64,000 bases of DNA, taken from NCBI GenBank assembly GCA_030602615.1, contig JAUVZM010000001.1:73720-137719 (forward strand), read 5' to 3'. Source of the DNA: a bacterium. GTDB lineage: Bacteria; Armatimonadota; Zipacnadia; Zipacnadales; Zipacnadaceae. Of the stretch, positions 21,683-30,554 are shown one piece after another. The notes beneath the pieces are model-generated. The model worked only from the letters and a program-made list of their open reading frames with translations, did not search any database and was not told the DNA's origin. Position 1 is the stretch's first letter, and each line of letters opens with the position of its first letter. Made by a program: the position numbers and the translations under genes.

Positions 21683-24304
21683 ATGTACAATGCCAAAGCA
21701 ACAGTGTTTTTGGCAACTCTGATGTGTGCAGTAGGACTGACAATATGTGAGGCGTACACCGAGAGCTTCCCCGGGGGGATCTTGGGGCCACGGCAATCAC
21801 AGATCCCGGCGGCGCAGTGGACGAAGGCCGAGTTAGACAAGGGGTACGTGGTCTTCACGCATAGCACCTTGGAGGGCCTTCAACCCGACTACGTGCCCGC
21901 GCGGAGAGCGGTCGTCGGCAAGGTATCCTGTGCCCTGGCCCAGGGTGAGTACAAGTCCGTGCAGATCGGCGTCCACTCGCTGACCGGAGGCCTTCAGAGC
22001 GTGCGCCTGGAGCTTGAATCGGACCTGGAGGCCAGGATATACCGCTCCATTGACGGGGAGACGAGGAAGCTGCTTCTGGGATATGAGAACCCCGTGCCTG
22101 ACTCGATCCATGCCGTGTGTCTGGACGAGTCGAGCCGGATCGCCTCGATCGAGAAAGGGAGCACCTCCTTTTTCTGGGTGACCCTTCATGCAGAGGAGAA
22201 CGCCACTGCAGGCAAGCACCGTGGCAAGATGCTTATCCGACCCGCGGGCAGGCCTGCCACGGAACTGGATCTGGAGGTGACCGTAAGGCCCTTCAAACTC
22301 CAGCGCGCCAGAATTGCCTACGCTCCGTTCTTCTACGTGGAGTGGAAGCCGGGGGCGCTCCCCAAGTTCGCCCAGACCGACGAGTGGATCGGCGCCTTCT
22401 TCCGCGACATGGCCGAGCACTCGCACACCTCCGTCATCATACACGGCGCGGGATTCGTGGACTTCTCCAGGCTCCCCCCTCCGGAGAACCGGTACTTCTC
22501 TACGCTGCTCCCTCTGGCCAAGCAGGTGGGTCTGACCAGCCCCGGCATCCCCATCATCGTTATGGACCACAACATGGCCCGGAGGCAAGACCAAGGCGGG
22601 ATGGAGACCGTGGAGCAGAGGAATGCGGCTATGGACTGGTACGAGGCAGAACGGCGCAAGCACGGCTGGCCGGAGATCGCCGCTTATGGCCAGGATGAAC
22701 CATCTTATCCGCATCCTGTTGTTCGGAGGAACTGGGAGTGGTTCCGCGATGTACGGATGCGGCTAGCCACCGCGTTGTTTGCCCCGGCAGCGTACGGGTT
22801 CGGAGATTTCCACGATATCTGGATTGTGATTGGGGGAAGTATCACGCAGGAGATGGTCGCGGAGGCCGAGCGGATGGGCGCGGAAGTGTGGACCTACATC
22901 TGTACGCCCATGTCCAACAATCCCCTGCACGAACGCCACTATGCAGGCCTGTACGTCTGGGCATACGGATTGAAAGGTCATACCACGTGGCATCACTATG
23001 ACGGGGGCGAGTTCAAGCTCGTGTGGATGCGGGAAGGCGACCAGCGCCCGATGCCGCTGGTCGGGTGGGAGACCCGTCGCGAAGGCGTTGACGACTACCG
23101 TTATCTGCAGATGCTGGAGGACTGCGTTGCGGCCCAGCCGGGCAATCCCCTGGCCGCTGAGGCGAAGAAGTGGATAGCCGGCCTGCGCGCCCGAATCGTC
23201 ACAGCGGATCCCTACATCCGAAACGTTCCTGGAAAGCCTTTGGCCCTGGATGAGTATGACCGTATCCGCGAGAAAGCGGCGGGGTACATCCAAAGGTTGG
23301 GTCCAGTACCGGCGGACCGGATTCCCCCGAGTCCACCCACACGCCTGAAAGACGAGGCGAAGCTCTTCCGAGGCAAGCCCGTGCAAGAGTGCATCGCCGG
23401 CCTCAGGAGCACGCAGGCCTCCACCCGTCGCGCGGCAGCATGGGCTCTGTTCGAAAAAGGCTGGCAGGCCGCCCCGGCTGTGCCAGCTCTGACGGACTTG
23501 CTGGACGACACCGATGTGCGCATACCGGCGTTGCGGGCGCTGGAGGCGATCGGGCATGAGAGCCGCCCGGCCCTGCCGAAACTGACAGCGCTCCTGAAAC
23601 ATCCGGACGGGTTCGTGCGACTGGGCGCCATTCACGCCCTGGGCGCCATCGGAGCACCTTCCATTCATGCGCTGATGCAAGCGACGGGAGACGAGTATTG
23701 GCCAGCCAAGTGCCGTGCCGCGAACTACATGCCGTGGATGGCAGGACAAGCAGCTCTGCGATCGGCGATGCCCGCCGTGCTGCCGGTCCTGATCAAGCTA
23801 CTCGACGATCCTAGCCCGAATGTGTGGACGTCGACTTTGTGGGCCTTCGAGCTCATCGGCCCGGAAGCTGCGCCCGCCGTGCCGCACATCATCAGGCTCA
23901 TACAGGGAGTTGTCCCAACTACCCGTCTCCGCTACCATAAACGCTGGACCGATGCACTGGCAGCCATCGGACCCGGAGCGGCGCAAGCCGTACCCATGTT
24001 GGAGGAGTTCCGCAAGGACCACGGCTCTTCAGATCCGCTCGCGGAAGCCTATGCGTTAAACGCGCTGTACAGAATCAGGGGCTCGCCGGAGGACCTCCAC
24101 GCGCTCGTCGCCCTGATCAGCGGCGCCGGAGAGGGACCGATAGACGCATCCGCGGCCCTGCAAAAGCTGGAGGAACTGGGCAGCGAGGCGAGAGACGCCG
24201 CGCCCCAGATCCGGGAGCTGATCGCTCAGGGCGGCCTGAGCGACGACGTGAAGAAGCGGCTTGAGGCAGTCCTCGATTCGATAGCCGCCCCGGCCGGCGA
24301 GTGA
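21683..24304 (+). CDS. Secreted GH123-like (DUF4091) putative beta-N-acetylhexosaminidase fused to C-terminal HEAT/PBS-lyase-like repeats
   Basis: Signal peptide MYNAKATVFLATLMCAVGLTICEA. Central region is paralogous to ORF 26984, sharing the G.DEPS motif, WTY.C block and REGV(D/E)DYR(Y/L)L motif. The C-terminal ~300 aa are repeated AAPAVPALTDLLDD / ALRALEAIG HEAT-like units. Start set to ATG 21683; the tool ORF starts at 21557. Confidence 0.6.
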   Translation: MYNAKATVFLATLMCAVGLTICEAYTESFPGGILGPRQSQIPAAQWTKAELDKGYVVFTHSTLEGLQPDYVPARRAVVGKVSCALAQGEYKSVQIGVHSLTGGLQSVRLELESDLEARIYRSIDGETRKLLLGYENPVPDSIHAVCLDESSRIASIEKGSTSFFWVTLHAEENATAGKHRGKMLIRPAGRPATELDLEVTVRPFKLQRARIAYAPFFYVEWKPGALPKFAQTDEWIGAFFRDMAEHSHTSVIIHGAGFVDFSRLPPPENRYFSTLLPLAKQVGLTSPGIPIIVMDHNMARRQDQGGMETVEQRNAAMDWYEAERRKHGWPEIAAYGQDEPSYPHPVVRRNWEWFRDVRMRLATALFAPAAYGFGDFHDIWIVIGGSITQEMVAEAERMGAEVWTYICTPMSNNPLHERHYAGLYVWAYGLKGHTTWHHYDGGEFKLVWMREGDQRPMPLVGWETRREGVDDYRYLQMLEDCVAAQPGNPLAAEAKKWIAGLRARIVTADPYIRNVPGKPLALDEYDRIREKAAGYIQRLGPVPADRIPPSPPTRLKDEAKLFRGKPVQECIAGLRSTQASTRRAAAWALFEKGWQAAPAVPALTDLLDDTDVRIPALRALEAIGHESRPALPKLTALLKHPDGFVRLGAIHALGAIGAPSIHALMQATGDEYWPAKCRAANYMPWMAGQAALRSAMPAVLPVLIKLLDDPSPNVWTSTLWAFELIGPEAAPAVPHIIRLIQGVVPTTRLRYHKRWTDALAAIGPGAAQAVPMLEEFRKDHGSSDPLAEAYALNALYRIRGSPEDLHALVALISGAGEGPIDASAALQKLEELGSEARDAAPQIRELIAQGGLSDDVKKRLEAVLDSIAAPAGE

Positions 24305-24528
24305 GAAATCAGCAAAATAATCTTCCAGATGGTGGAGGTGGCAGTATCCAGGGAGCTCTTTGAGCAAGTATTGGGACGAATCTGGGCCTTAACGCCCGGC
24401 ACTGGGTGACAGTGCCGTCGGCGACGGGATTATTGATAGTTAGTGTCTGGCGCAGGCCAGCCCTCACTGGAACGTGGGCTAAGTGCGATAGTGGCGCTTG
24501 AATTCTGTGACTATCTTGTTAAAACCAC

Positions 24529-26613
24529 TTACTCTCCCGCTACTGGCATCCACACGCGCATTGCGGAATCGGCGCGATTAGCCCAGGCATAATAGGGAAT
24601 AGCCGTCACCAGGACTTTGTCCCTACGCATTGTGGGTCGCGTACCTAGCGGATGATAGAGGGGACTGTTCTCCGGGGCATAGCAAACTGGCAAGGCCCGC
24701 CGGCGCAGGACGGTCACGCCGCCCAGCAGGTCGGGCTGCCACTCAGGCCGGAAGCCGCCCTCCGGGTCTGGCGTCTCGAAGACCAAGGCCAGGTCAGCCA
24801 GAACCGTGTCGGGATTATCTACACTCTCAAAGCAGTAGACTAACGGGCCACGCTGCAACGCCACACAGCCCCGGTTCTCCGCCACACGTGGATGGCTTTC
24901 CATTATTCGCACCGGCATTGGTAACTGCAGGCGGACCGTATCTCCGGGCCGCCACCGGCGTGTAAGCTTTAGATAATTGCCAGGCTCAATGGCCGCAGAC
25001 AATGGCTCATCATTCACCGCTGCCGCGGCTCCTGCTGCCCAGCCCGGAATGCGGAGGAAGAGAGTGAACTGTGCAGGTTGTTGCAAATCTAACGCGATTT
25101 CAATCTCGCCCTCCCCCGGGTACTTAGTGTCCATCTTCAGTGTGACTCGGGGGCCGTCGGGTACAGGGAGCGTGGCCTGGCAGGTATCGTAAAGGTGCAC
25201 CCAGAGGCCCTGGCGGCTGGTACTGAAGAGGTAACCGGGAACAGCCGCCAGCGTACGGTGGATGTTGGGGGGGCAGCAGTTGCACGGGAACCAGGACTGC
25301 CGCTGGTAGCCGCCGTCCGAGGCCAGCGGGTTGCCGTAGAAGTATTTGCTCCCGTCCAGAGATACGCCGGACAGAAAGCCATTGTATAGAATCGTCTCCA
25401 TCACATCCGCATACTGGGCCTCGCCCGTCAGCAGCAACATGCGCCAGGCCCACATTGCGTGCGCGATCTGTGCACAGCTCTCGGCATAGGCCCAGGTGAG
25501 TTCGTTATAGTGCGCCCGCGGTCCAGGGAAATACCCCCATCGTCCCCCGTGTTGTGAAGGCCGTGTACCGGTGGTGTCGGCCCAGGCGTTAGGCAGCTCG
25601 TACCGCTCACCGAAAGACTCGCCGCGAGCCCCCATGCCACCAGTGATGTAGATCTTACCTCCGACTAAGTCCTGCCACAAGGACTGCAGGTTGGCCCACA
25701 TCTGCTCGTCGCCAGTTTCAGCATAATAGTCAGCTCCGCCACAGCAGAGATAGCCGGACCGGACGGCGTGACCTACCACGATGCGATTGTTTAGATATTG
25801 GGACTGGCCCAAGAAGAAGGCAGCGAGGTCCCAATAGCGCGTCCTACCGGTGGTGCGGTACAGTTCGATCAGGGCCATTTCCACCTCGGGATGTCCGGGG
25901 GCGGCCTCGATTTTTCCGGGGCCAAACTCCTGGCATATATAATCAGCGAGGCGGCAGGCCACTTGCAGCAAACTGTCCTGGCCGGTGGCCCGGTAGTAGG
26001 CAATCGCCGCCTGCACTAGATGCCCGGCGCAGTACAGCTCATCGGGGCAAGTGTTGAGGAACAAGCGGCCGTCTTCGCCCTGGGCGGCTGCGATGTCGTC
26101 AATAATTGCTGCCACCGTTTGCCGCAGTTCAGGCAGATCCTGCGACTGGAGAGCCCAGGAGACCCCCTCCAGCCACTTATACAGGTCAGATTCGCTGCCG
26201 TAAGAAGCGTCCCGGAATTCAACCTGCTTGCGTCCGGACAGGCGCCGGAAATTATCCACCACCCCATGCTCCTCCATTAGACGTAGGAAAGTGGGCATTC
26301 CCTCCTTGGCATTGGCCTCCATTCGCGGCCGCCAAAAGCCTGGCCCCATTGCTACCGCCCGGATCGGCACCGATTGCAACCGAAACTGCGACCCCCGGCG
26401 GGTATCGACAACGCCGCCTTGTTGCCACTGGTCCTCCGGTTGTAGTTCCCTATCTTCGACAATGCCGCCGTTGGGGTCAAAACCTGTGCGTGCCACGACA
26501 CCCTCAGGCACCGGTCTGAAGGCTGGTTTAGCTTTTCCTGCACGAATCACGCTAACAAGCAATGCGCAAACACCAACTAGCACCAACAAGTCAGACAGTC
26601 TCATGTTCTTCAC
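24529..26613 (-). CDS. GH127 (DUF1680) beta-L-arabinofuranosidase-like glycoside hydrolase
   Basis: 694 aa. N-terminal signal anchor. GH127-type GFWRPRMEANAKEGMPTFLRLMEEHGVVDNFRR block and Cys-rich catalytic region. GTG start. Confidence 0.75.
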   Translation of the reverse strand: MKNMRLSDLLVLVGVCALLVSVIRAGKAKPAFRPVPEGVVARTGFDPNGGIVEDRELQPEDQWQQGGVVDTRRGSQFRLQSVPIRAVAMGPGFWRPRMEANAKEGMPTFLRLMEEHGVVDNFRRLSGRKQVEFRDASYGSESDLYKWLEGVSWALQSQDLPELRQTVAAIIDDIAAAQGEDGRLFLNTCPDELYCAGHLVQAAIAYYRATGQDSLLQVACRLADYICQEFGPGKIEAAPGHPEVEMALIELYRTTGRTRYWDLAAFFLGQSQYLNNRIVVGHAVRSGYLCCGGADYYAETGDEQMWANLQSLWQDLVGGKIYITGGMGARGESFGERYELPNAWADTTGTRPSQHGGRWGYFPGPRAHYNELTWAYAESCAQIAHAMWAWRMLLLTGEAQYADVMETILYNGFLSGVSLDGSKYFYGNPLASDGGYQRQSWFPCNCCPPNIHRTLAAVPGYLFSTSRQGLWVHLYDTCQATLPVPDGPRVTLKMDTKYPGEGEIEIALDLQQPAQFTLFLRIPGWAAGAAAAVNDEPLSAAIEPGNYLKLTRRWRPGDTVRLQLPMPVRIMESHPRVAENRGCVALQRGPLVYCFESVDNPDTVLADLALVFETPDPEGGFRPEWQPDLLGGVTVLRRRALPVCYAPENSPLYHPLGTRPTMRRDKVLVTAIPYYAWANRADSAMRVWMPVAGE

Positions 26614-26771
26614 TTCTTCTTTCAGCGAGATTTCCCAGATGCTTTGTTGCTGCCTGTAGCATCCTCTGTTTACTGCACTGCTTCCTCCCGATGCGGATCA
26701 TTTAGCTAGAAAAACTCCAGATTAGAACACTTCTGACGAAGATTCTACCCCGAATTGAACAAGTTTGACAA
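26591..26771 (-). promoter_or_regulatory. Conserved promoter + leader + uORF cassette (copy C, oriented with GH127)
   Basis: On the minus strand: TTGTCA, 18 nt, TAGAAT (plus coordinates 26741..26771). Leader CGTCAGAAGTgTTCTAATCT...GCATCGGGAGGAAGCAGTGCAG follows. A 23-codon uORF (26591..26662, MLQAATKHLGNL...) overlaps the GH127 start in the +1 frame. Confidence 0.55.
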
Positions 26772-26876
26772 CTTTTGGACCGATGGCAAAGACAGTCCCG
26801 CTTGGGCATAAACCCAATCACCATTGCTACAGAATAATGGTTCAACTGCTACCTATAATTCTAACACAACTGTCCC

Positions 26877-26905
26877 TTGATAGCAAGCCCCCCGTGTGCT
26901 ATAAT
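26877..26905 (+). promoter_or_regulatory. Sigma70-like promoter for ORF 26984
   Basis: TTGATA, 17 nt, TATAAT in the divergent intergenic region. Confidence 0.45.
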
Positions 26906-26983
26906 AGGAAGGTAACTTTCGCAACAGTCTCAAACAAGTAAGAGCCAAATGCTAAATCTCGATGAGAAGGAAAGGATGCTGCC

Positions 26984-28765
26984 ATGAGAATGATTGCCAA
27001 CGACTTGCGGTGTTATGTCATATGGATGCTGGCGGGTGTCTGGTGCGTGGCACTGATGACAAGCGCGTTCGCGGCGGCTGAGCAAGCCGACCGGGTCATG
27101 AACTGGCGCCAATATCCCACTCCTTACGGGACGCCCGCCACGGCCCGCCCGCCGGACGAGGCGTTCTTGAAGGTCATACCGCCCTTGAAGACACTGGGTA
27201 CCATCAGTGACGAGGCGAAGGAGTTGGGGGTCGCCGTCTGGTGGGCCGACTACGGGCAGAATGTCTTTTGCGAGCAGCCGCCGACCGACGAGGACCTCGC
27301 GCGCAAGGGCGCAATCCGCACGAGCGCGGGCGAGGACGAGCCGTTGGTCCTGGCGCTGTGGGGGCTCGACGACGTGGGCAATGCGACGCTTAGCGCGAAC
27401 GCCCCGGTCTTCCCGGTCACGATCCGCAAAGTGGAGTTTGAGCCCCGGTACATCCCGGGCGACTACCGGGACTATCACATCGACGGTGGGCGCAAGGTGG
27501 GCATTCCCACGTATCTGCCGGAAGAATCGAGCGTCGTGGTGAAGGCTGGCGAGAACGCGCCGTTCTGGGTGACGGTGTCCGTGCCCGAGGACGCCGCGCC
27601 CGGGACTTACGAGATTCCGTTCCGGTTGATCCTCACGGACGCGAACAAGGCCGTGACGCTCGCGGTCACGGTCGAGGTGCTGCCGTTCGAGCTGCCGCGG
27701 GCGAAGATCGCCTACGGTATGTATTTTCGCCCCTCGGCGAAGACGCTCGAGAACCCGCGCGACCGCACGCCGGAGCGGCTGCGTTTCTACTGGCGAGATA
27801 TGGCACGTCATGGCATGACAAGTGCGACCCTCTACAACTACACTCGCCTGCACGATCCTGAGGGGAATCTCAATCTCCACACCGTGCCGGTGCTGGGGTG
27901 GCTTGAGGAGATGATCGAGGAAGGGCTCGTCACGCCGGACGTGCCCGTCATGTACCTGGACGGCGGCGGGATCGACCTGGCGAACCCCAAGACGCCGGAG
28001 ATCCTCGCCTCGCTCAAGGAGGAGATCGCCGAGCGCGGCTGGCCGGAATTCCTCTACTACGGGCCCGACGAGCCGTCGGTCAATGACAAGGGCTGGGCGG
28101 ATTTCGAACGCCTGCAGCCCTTGCGCGAGTATTTTCGCGTCGTCACCGCGATCGGCGATCACGCGGTAAACGCGTATGCGGATTTTCTGGATGTTTATAT
28201 CGTGAACGCCGGTTGCACGAGCCCGGAAATGTACAAGCTGGCTGCCGACAAGGACGCGGAGCTGTGGACCTACACATGTCACAATCGAGGGCGAAGCAAT
28301 GCGCCGTTCCAGCGATACTACGCGGGCATTTTCACGTGGGCGCTGCGCCTGAAGGGAAACTTCATGTGGGCTTACACCGAGAACTATACGCGGGAAAAGG
28401 GTCAGTATCTTCCCTGGTCTCCGCTGTACTGTTACGTGGTTCCCAGCGACGAAGGAGCGATCCCGTCGATCGCCTGGGAAGTCCGCCGGGAGGGTGTGGA
28501 GGACTATCGCCTGCTTACGCTCCTGGAAGAACAGATAGCGAAGAATCCTGACAACACGGTCGCTGCCGAAGCGAGAGACTGGCTGGAGCAACTGCGCGGG
28601 CGCGTTGACTGGTATATCGCGCGCGACATGCCACCGTCGCTGTATCCGTGGGACGGTCCAGAACTCTATCCGCTCTGCCCGAACTTCGAACCGGCGGAGT
28701 TCTCGAAGATCCGGGCCAAGGTGATCGATTACATTCTTCAGTTGAGCAGCGCCGCCGGCGGCTAG
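26984..28765 (+). CDS. Secreted GH123-like (DUF4091) protein, paralogue of 21683
   Basis: 593 aa. Signal peptide. Shares the LPRAKIAYG, YGPDEPS, WTYTC and REGVEDYRLL blocks with the 915-aa protein. Confidence 0.6.
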   Translation: MRMIANDLRCYVIWMLAGVWCVALMTSAFAAAEQADRVMNWRQYPTPYGTPATARPPDEAFLKVIPPLKTLGTISDEAKELGVAVWWADYGQNVFCEQPPTDEDLARKGAIRTSAGEDEPLVLALWGLDDVGNATLSANAPVFPVTIRKVEFEPRYIPGDYRDYHIDGGRKVGIPTYLPEESSVVVKAGENAPFWVTVSVPEDAAPGTYEIPFRLILTDANKAVTLAVTVEVLPFELPRAKIAYGMYFRPSAKTLENPRDRTPERLRFYWRDMARHGMTSATLYNYTRLHDPEGNLNLHTVPVLGWLEEMIEEGLVTPDVPVMYLDGGGIDLANPKTPEILASLKEEIAERGWPEFLYYGPDEPSVNDKGWADFERLQPLREYFRVVTAIGDHAVNAYADFLDVYIVNAGCTSPEMYKLAADKDAELWTYTCHNRGRSNAPFQRYYAGIFTWALRLKGNFMWAYTENYTREKGQYLPWSPLYCYVVPSDEGAIPSIAWEVRREGVEDYRLLTLLEEQIAKNPDNTVAAEARDWLEQLRGRVDWYIARDMPPSLYPWDGPELYPLCPNFEPAEFSKIRAKVIDYILQLSSAAGG

Positions 28766-29082
28766 TGCGCCCCAACCGGGATCGTCAGCTTTGAGACGTT
28801 TGGGCCTGCATTATAGAGAGCGCACAACTTGCCCGGCCGCCAGCGCGGACGGGAGCCATAGACCTTGAGCCTGAAGATGTCCTCCTCAACTCGGTAGCAA
28901 GACGTAGCCAGCAGCTCGCCGCCGGGCAACAGTGCTACGGAGGTTTTATAGATGTCCCGCTGCCCGATGCGAACCCGCATGGCCGGTTGAAGGGTCCAGT
29001 GGACCACCTGCTGCAAGTCGAAGCCAGTAAAGCCAGCCATCCCTTCCGGGTACTGGGCATAGTCTGGCTCTTCGGCGAACAC
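28762..29082 (-). CDS. Short hypothetical ORF, possibly a gene remnant
   Basis: 106 aa from a GTG start. The stop overlaps the convergent GH123-like gene. No domain recognised. Its upstream end runs into leader copy 1. Confidence 0.2.
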   Translation of the reverse strand: MFAEEPDYAQYPEGMAGFTGFDLQQVVHWTLQPAMRVRIGQRDIYKTSVALLPGGELLATSCYRVEEDIFRLKVYGSRPRWRPGKLCALYNAGPNVSKLTIPVGAH

Positions 29083-29111
29083 CGGCGCCGTAGCCGGCTC
29101 GATTGGCGCCG

Positions 29112-29289
29112 CCCCGTCAGAAGTCTTCTAATCTCGGGTCTTTCTAGCTAATTGATTCGCATCCGGAGGAATTAGTGCAGGAAATAGAGAATGTCAAACG
29201 TAGTAACAAACGATATGAGAGACCCCAGTTCACTGTCATCCAGGCATTCCTGGTGCTCTGGCTCGACTAAGGGGGAAAGGAATAACGCT
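29112..29289 (+). promoter_or_regulatory. Conserved leader + uORF cassette (copy 1, lacks the -35/-10 module)
   Basis: CCCCGTCAGAAGTCTTCTAATCTCGGGTCTTTCTAGCTAATTGATTCGCATCCGGAGGAATTAGTGCAGGAAATAGAGAATG, about 90 % identical to copy 2. The uORF ATG at 29191 (MSNVVTNDMRDPS...) runs in frame into the PIG-L gene. Confidence 0.55.
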
Positions 29290-30198
29290 ATGTCTAAAAG
29301 ACCGCTCGTAGTCGAGAATATTCTGCCGGACGAAAACATTAACATCCTGGTCGTTGGTGCGCATCCGGCTGATGCGTTTGATGATATCGGCGGCACGCTG
29401 GCCCATCACGCGGCCCGGGGCGATCACATCACCGCCTTAATCCTGACACACGGAGCGCGTGTCCACGATGTGGTCTTGACCGATGAGGTGGGCCAGCGCG
29501 AGCGCGCTCCCACCCGCGAGGAACTGGAGCCCATCATCGAGGAGCGCACGAGCGTGAAGCACCAGGAAGTCCTGGAAGCCTGCCAGATTCTAGGGTTCTC
29601 CGACTTGCGCTTCCTCACCTACGACGACAGCGTCCTGACCCTAAAAGAGGAGCTCATGCAGAGGATCGCTAAAGTCATTCGAGAGGTGCAGCCGCATCTC
29701 CTCATTACTCACTATCCCCTCGAAAGCGGAGGCATCGCCAGCCACCATGCTATCACGGGCCAACTGGTCCTCAATGCCGTGGGGTCGGCCTCCAGAGTCT
29801 CGCCTGAAGACCCTAACCCCCCATGGGGGGTGCCCGAGGTCTATTTCAAGGCCATCCATACGGCACTGGCGAGGCCAGACGTGCTGAGTCACGCTACTGC
29901 AGGCTTTGCCAATGTCTATGTGGACGTCACCGACGTCATCGAACTCTTAGTCAAGGCTCTGGACAAGATGAAGAGCCAACAGTACAACGGTGCCTGGGCC
30001 CGTAAATCCCGCGAGGTGTACGAGGGCGTCTTTGGCCTCAATGTCGGTGTCGCCTACGCCGAAGCGTTCATCCGCCTTAGGGCACAAGTCTGCGATTACC
30101 TGCCCCTCTCACACTATGCCATGGCAAGGGCTAACGAGCTTGAAGCCACTGAGCACCGTCGCCAGAACCTCCTAGTGTGCCATACAGTGCCTGAATAG
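29290..30198 (+). CDS. PIG-L / LmbE-family N-acetylglucosaminyl deacetylase
   Basis: ILVVGAHPADAFDDIGGTLAHH (HPDD-type motif) and the H..H zinc region. RBS AAGGGGGAAAGGA before ATG 29290. The tool ORF starts at the upstream in-frame ATG 29191. Confidence 0.7.
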   Translation: MSKRPLVVENILPDENINILVVGAHPADAFDDIGGTLAHHAARGDHITALILTHGARVHDVVLTDEVGQRERAPTREELEPIIEERTSVKHQEVLEACQILGFSDLRFLTYDDSVLTLKEELMQRIAKVIREVQPHLLITHYPLESGGIASHHAITGQLVLNAVGSASRVSPEDPNPPWGVPEVYFKAIHTALARPDVLSHATAGFANVYVDVTDVIELLVKALDKMKSQQYNGAWARKSREVYEGVFGLNVGVAYAEAFIRLRAQVCDYLPLSHYAMARANELEATEHRRQNLLVCHTVPE

Positions 30199-30321
30199 TC
30201 GTACAGTGGTCTTTATGTTGTCAACTGTATCAGTATGCGGGTGGATATGGCAGGTGCACCAAGCGGCGGTTGTTCTGTCTGATGTTGCCAAGGCAGGAGT
30301 GTCTCTGCCCTGGGCCCGCAA

Positions 30322-30508
30322 GCTGTCATACTTGTTCAGTTCGGCGCACAATCCCCGTCAGAAGTCTTCTAATCTCGGGTCTTTCTAGCTAATTAATCCG
30401 CATCGGAGGAATTAGTGCAGCAAACAGAGAATATGAGTAGTCCCAGATTAGTGCAGGAAACAGAGAATGTTGAACGTACTGGCAAAGCATATGAGAAATC
30501 CCAGCTAA
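30322..30508 (+). promoter_or_regulatory. Conserved promoter + leader + uORF cassette (copy 2)
   Basis: CTGTCA, 18 nt, CACAAT module, then the same ~80-nt leader with an internal 22-nt duplication (ATTAGTGCAGcAAACAGAGAAT repeated). 13-codon uORF at 30467..30508 (MLNVLAKHMRNPS). Located upstream of the MttB-like gene. Confidence 0.55.
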
Positions 30509-30554
30509 CCAAAACCCCAAGCCGACGAGTTAGCCTACCATTGTAGGGAGATTA

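Noticed and set aside
24394-24420. Hairpin GGCACTG-ggtga-CAGTGCC between convergent GH123-HEAT and GH127 genes
   Set aside because: No T-tract on either side. Possibly a weak bidirectional terminator, but support is insufficient.
29112-30510. Direct repeats considered as a CRISPR array or transposon ends
   Set aside because: Only two to three copies, each about 120 nt, with no regular spacer periodicity. They are not terminal inverted repeats and no cas or transposase genes are present. Position and content fit promoter and leader elements.
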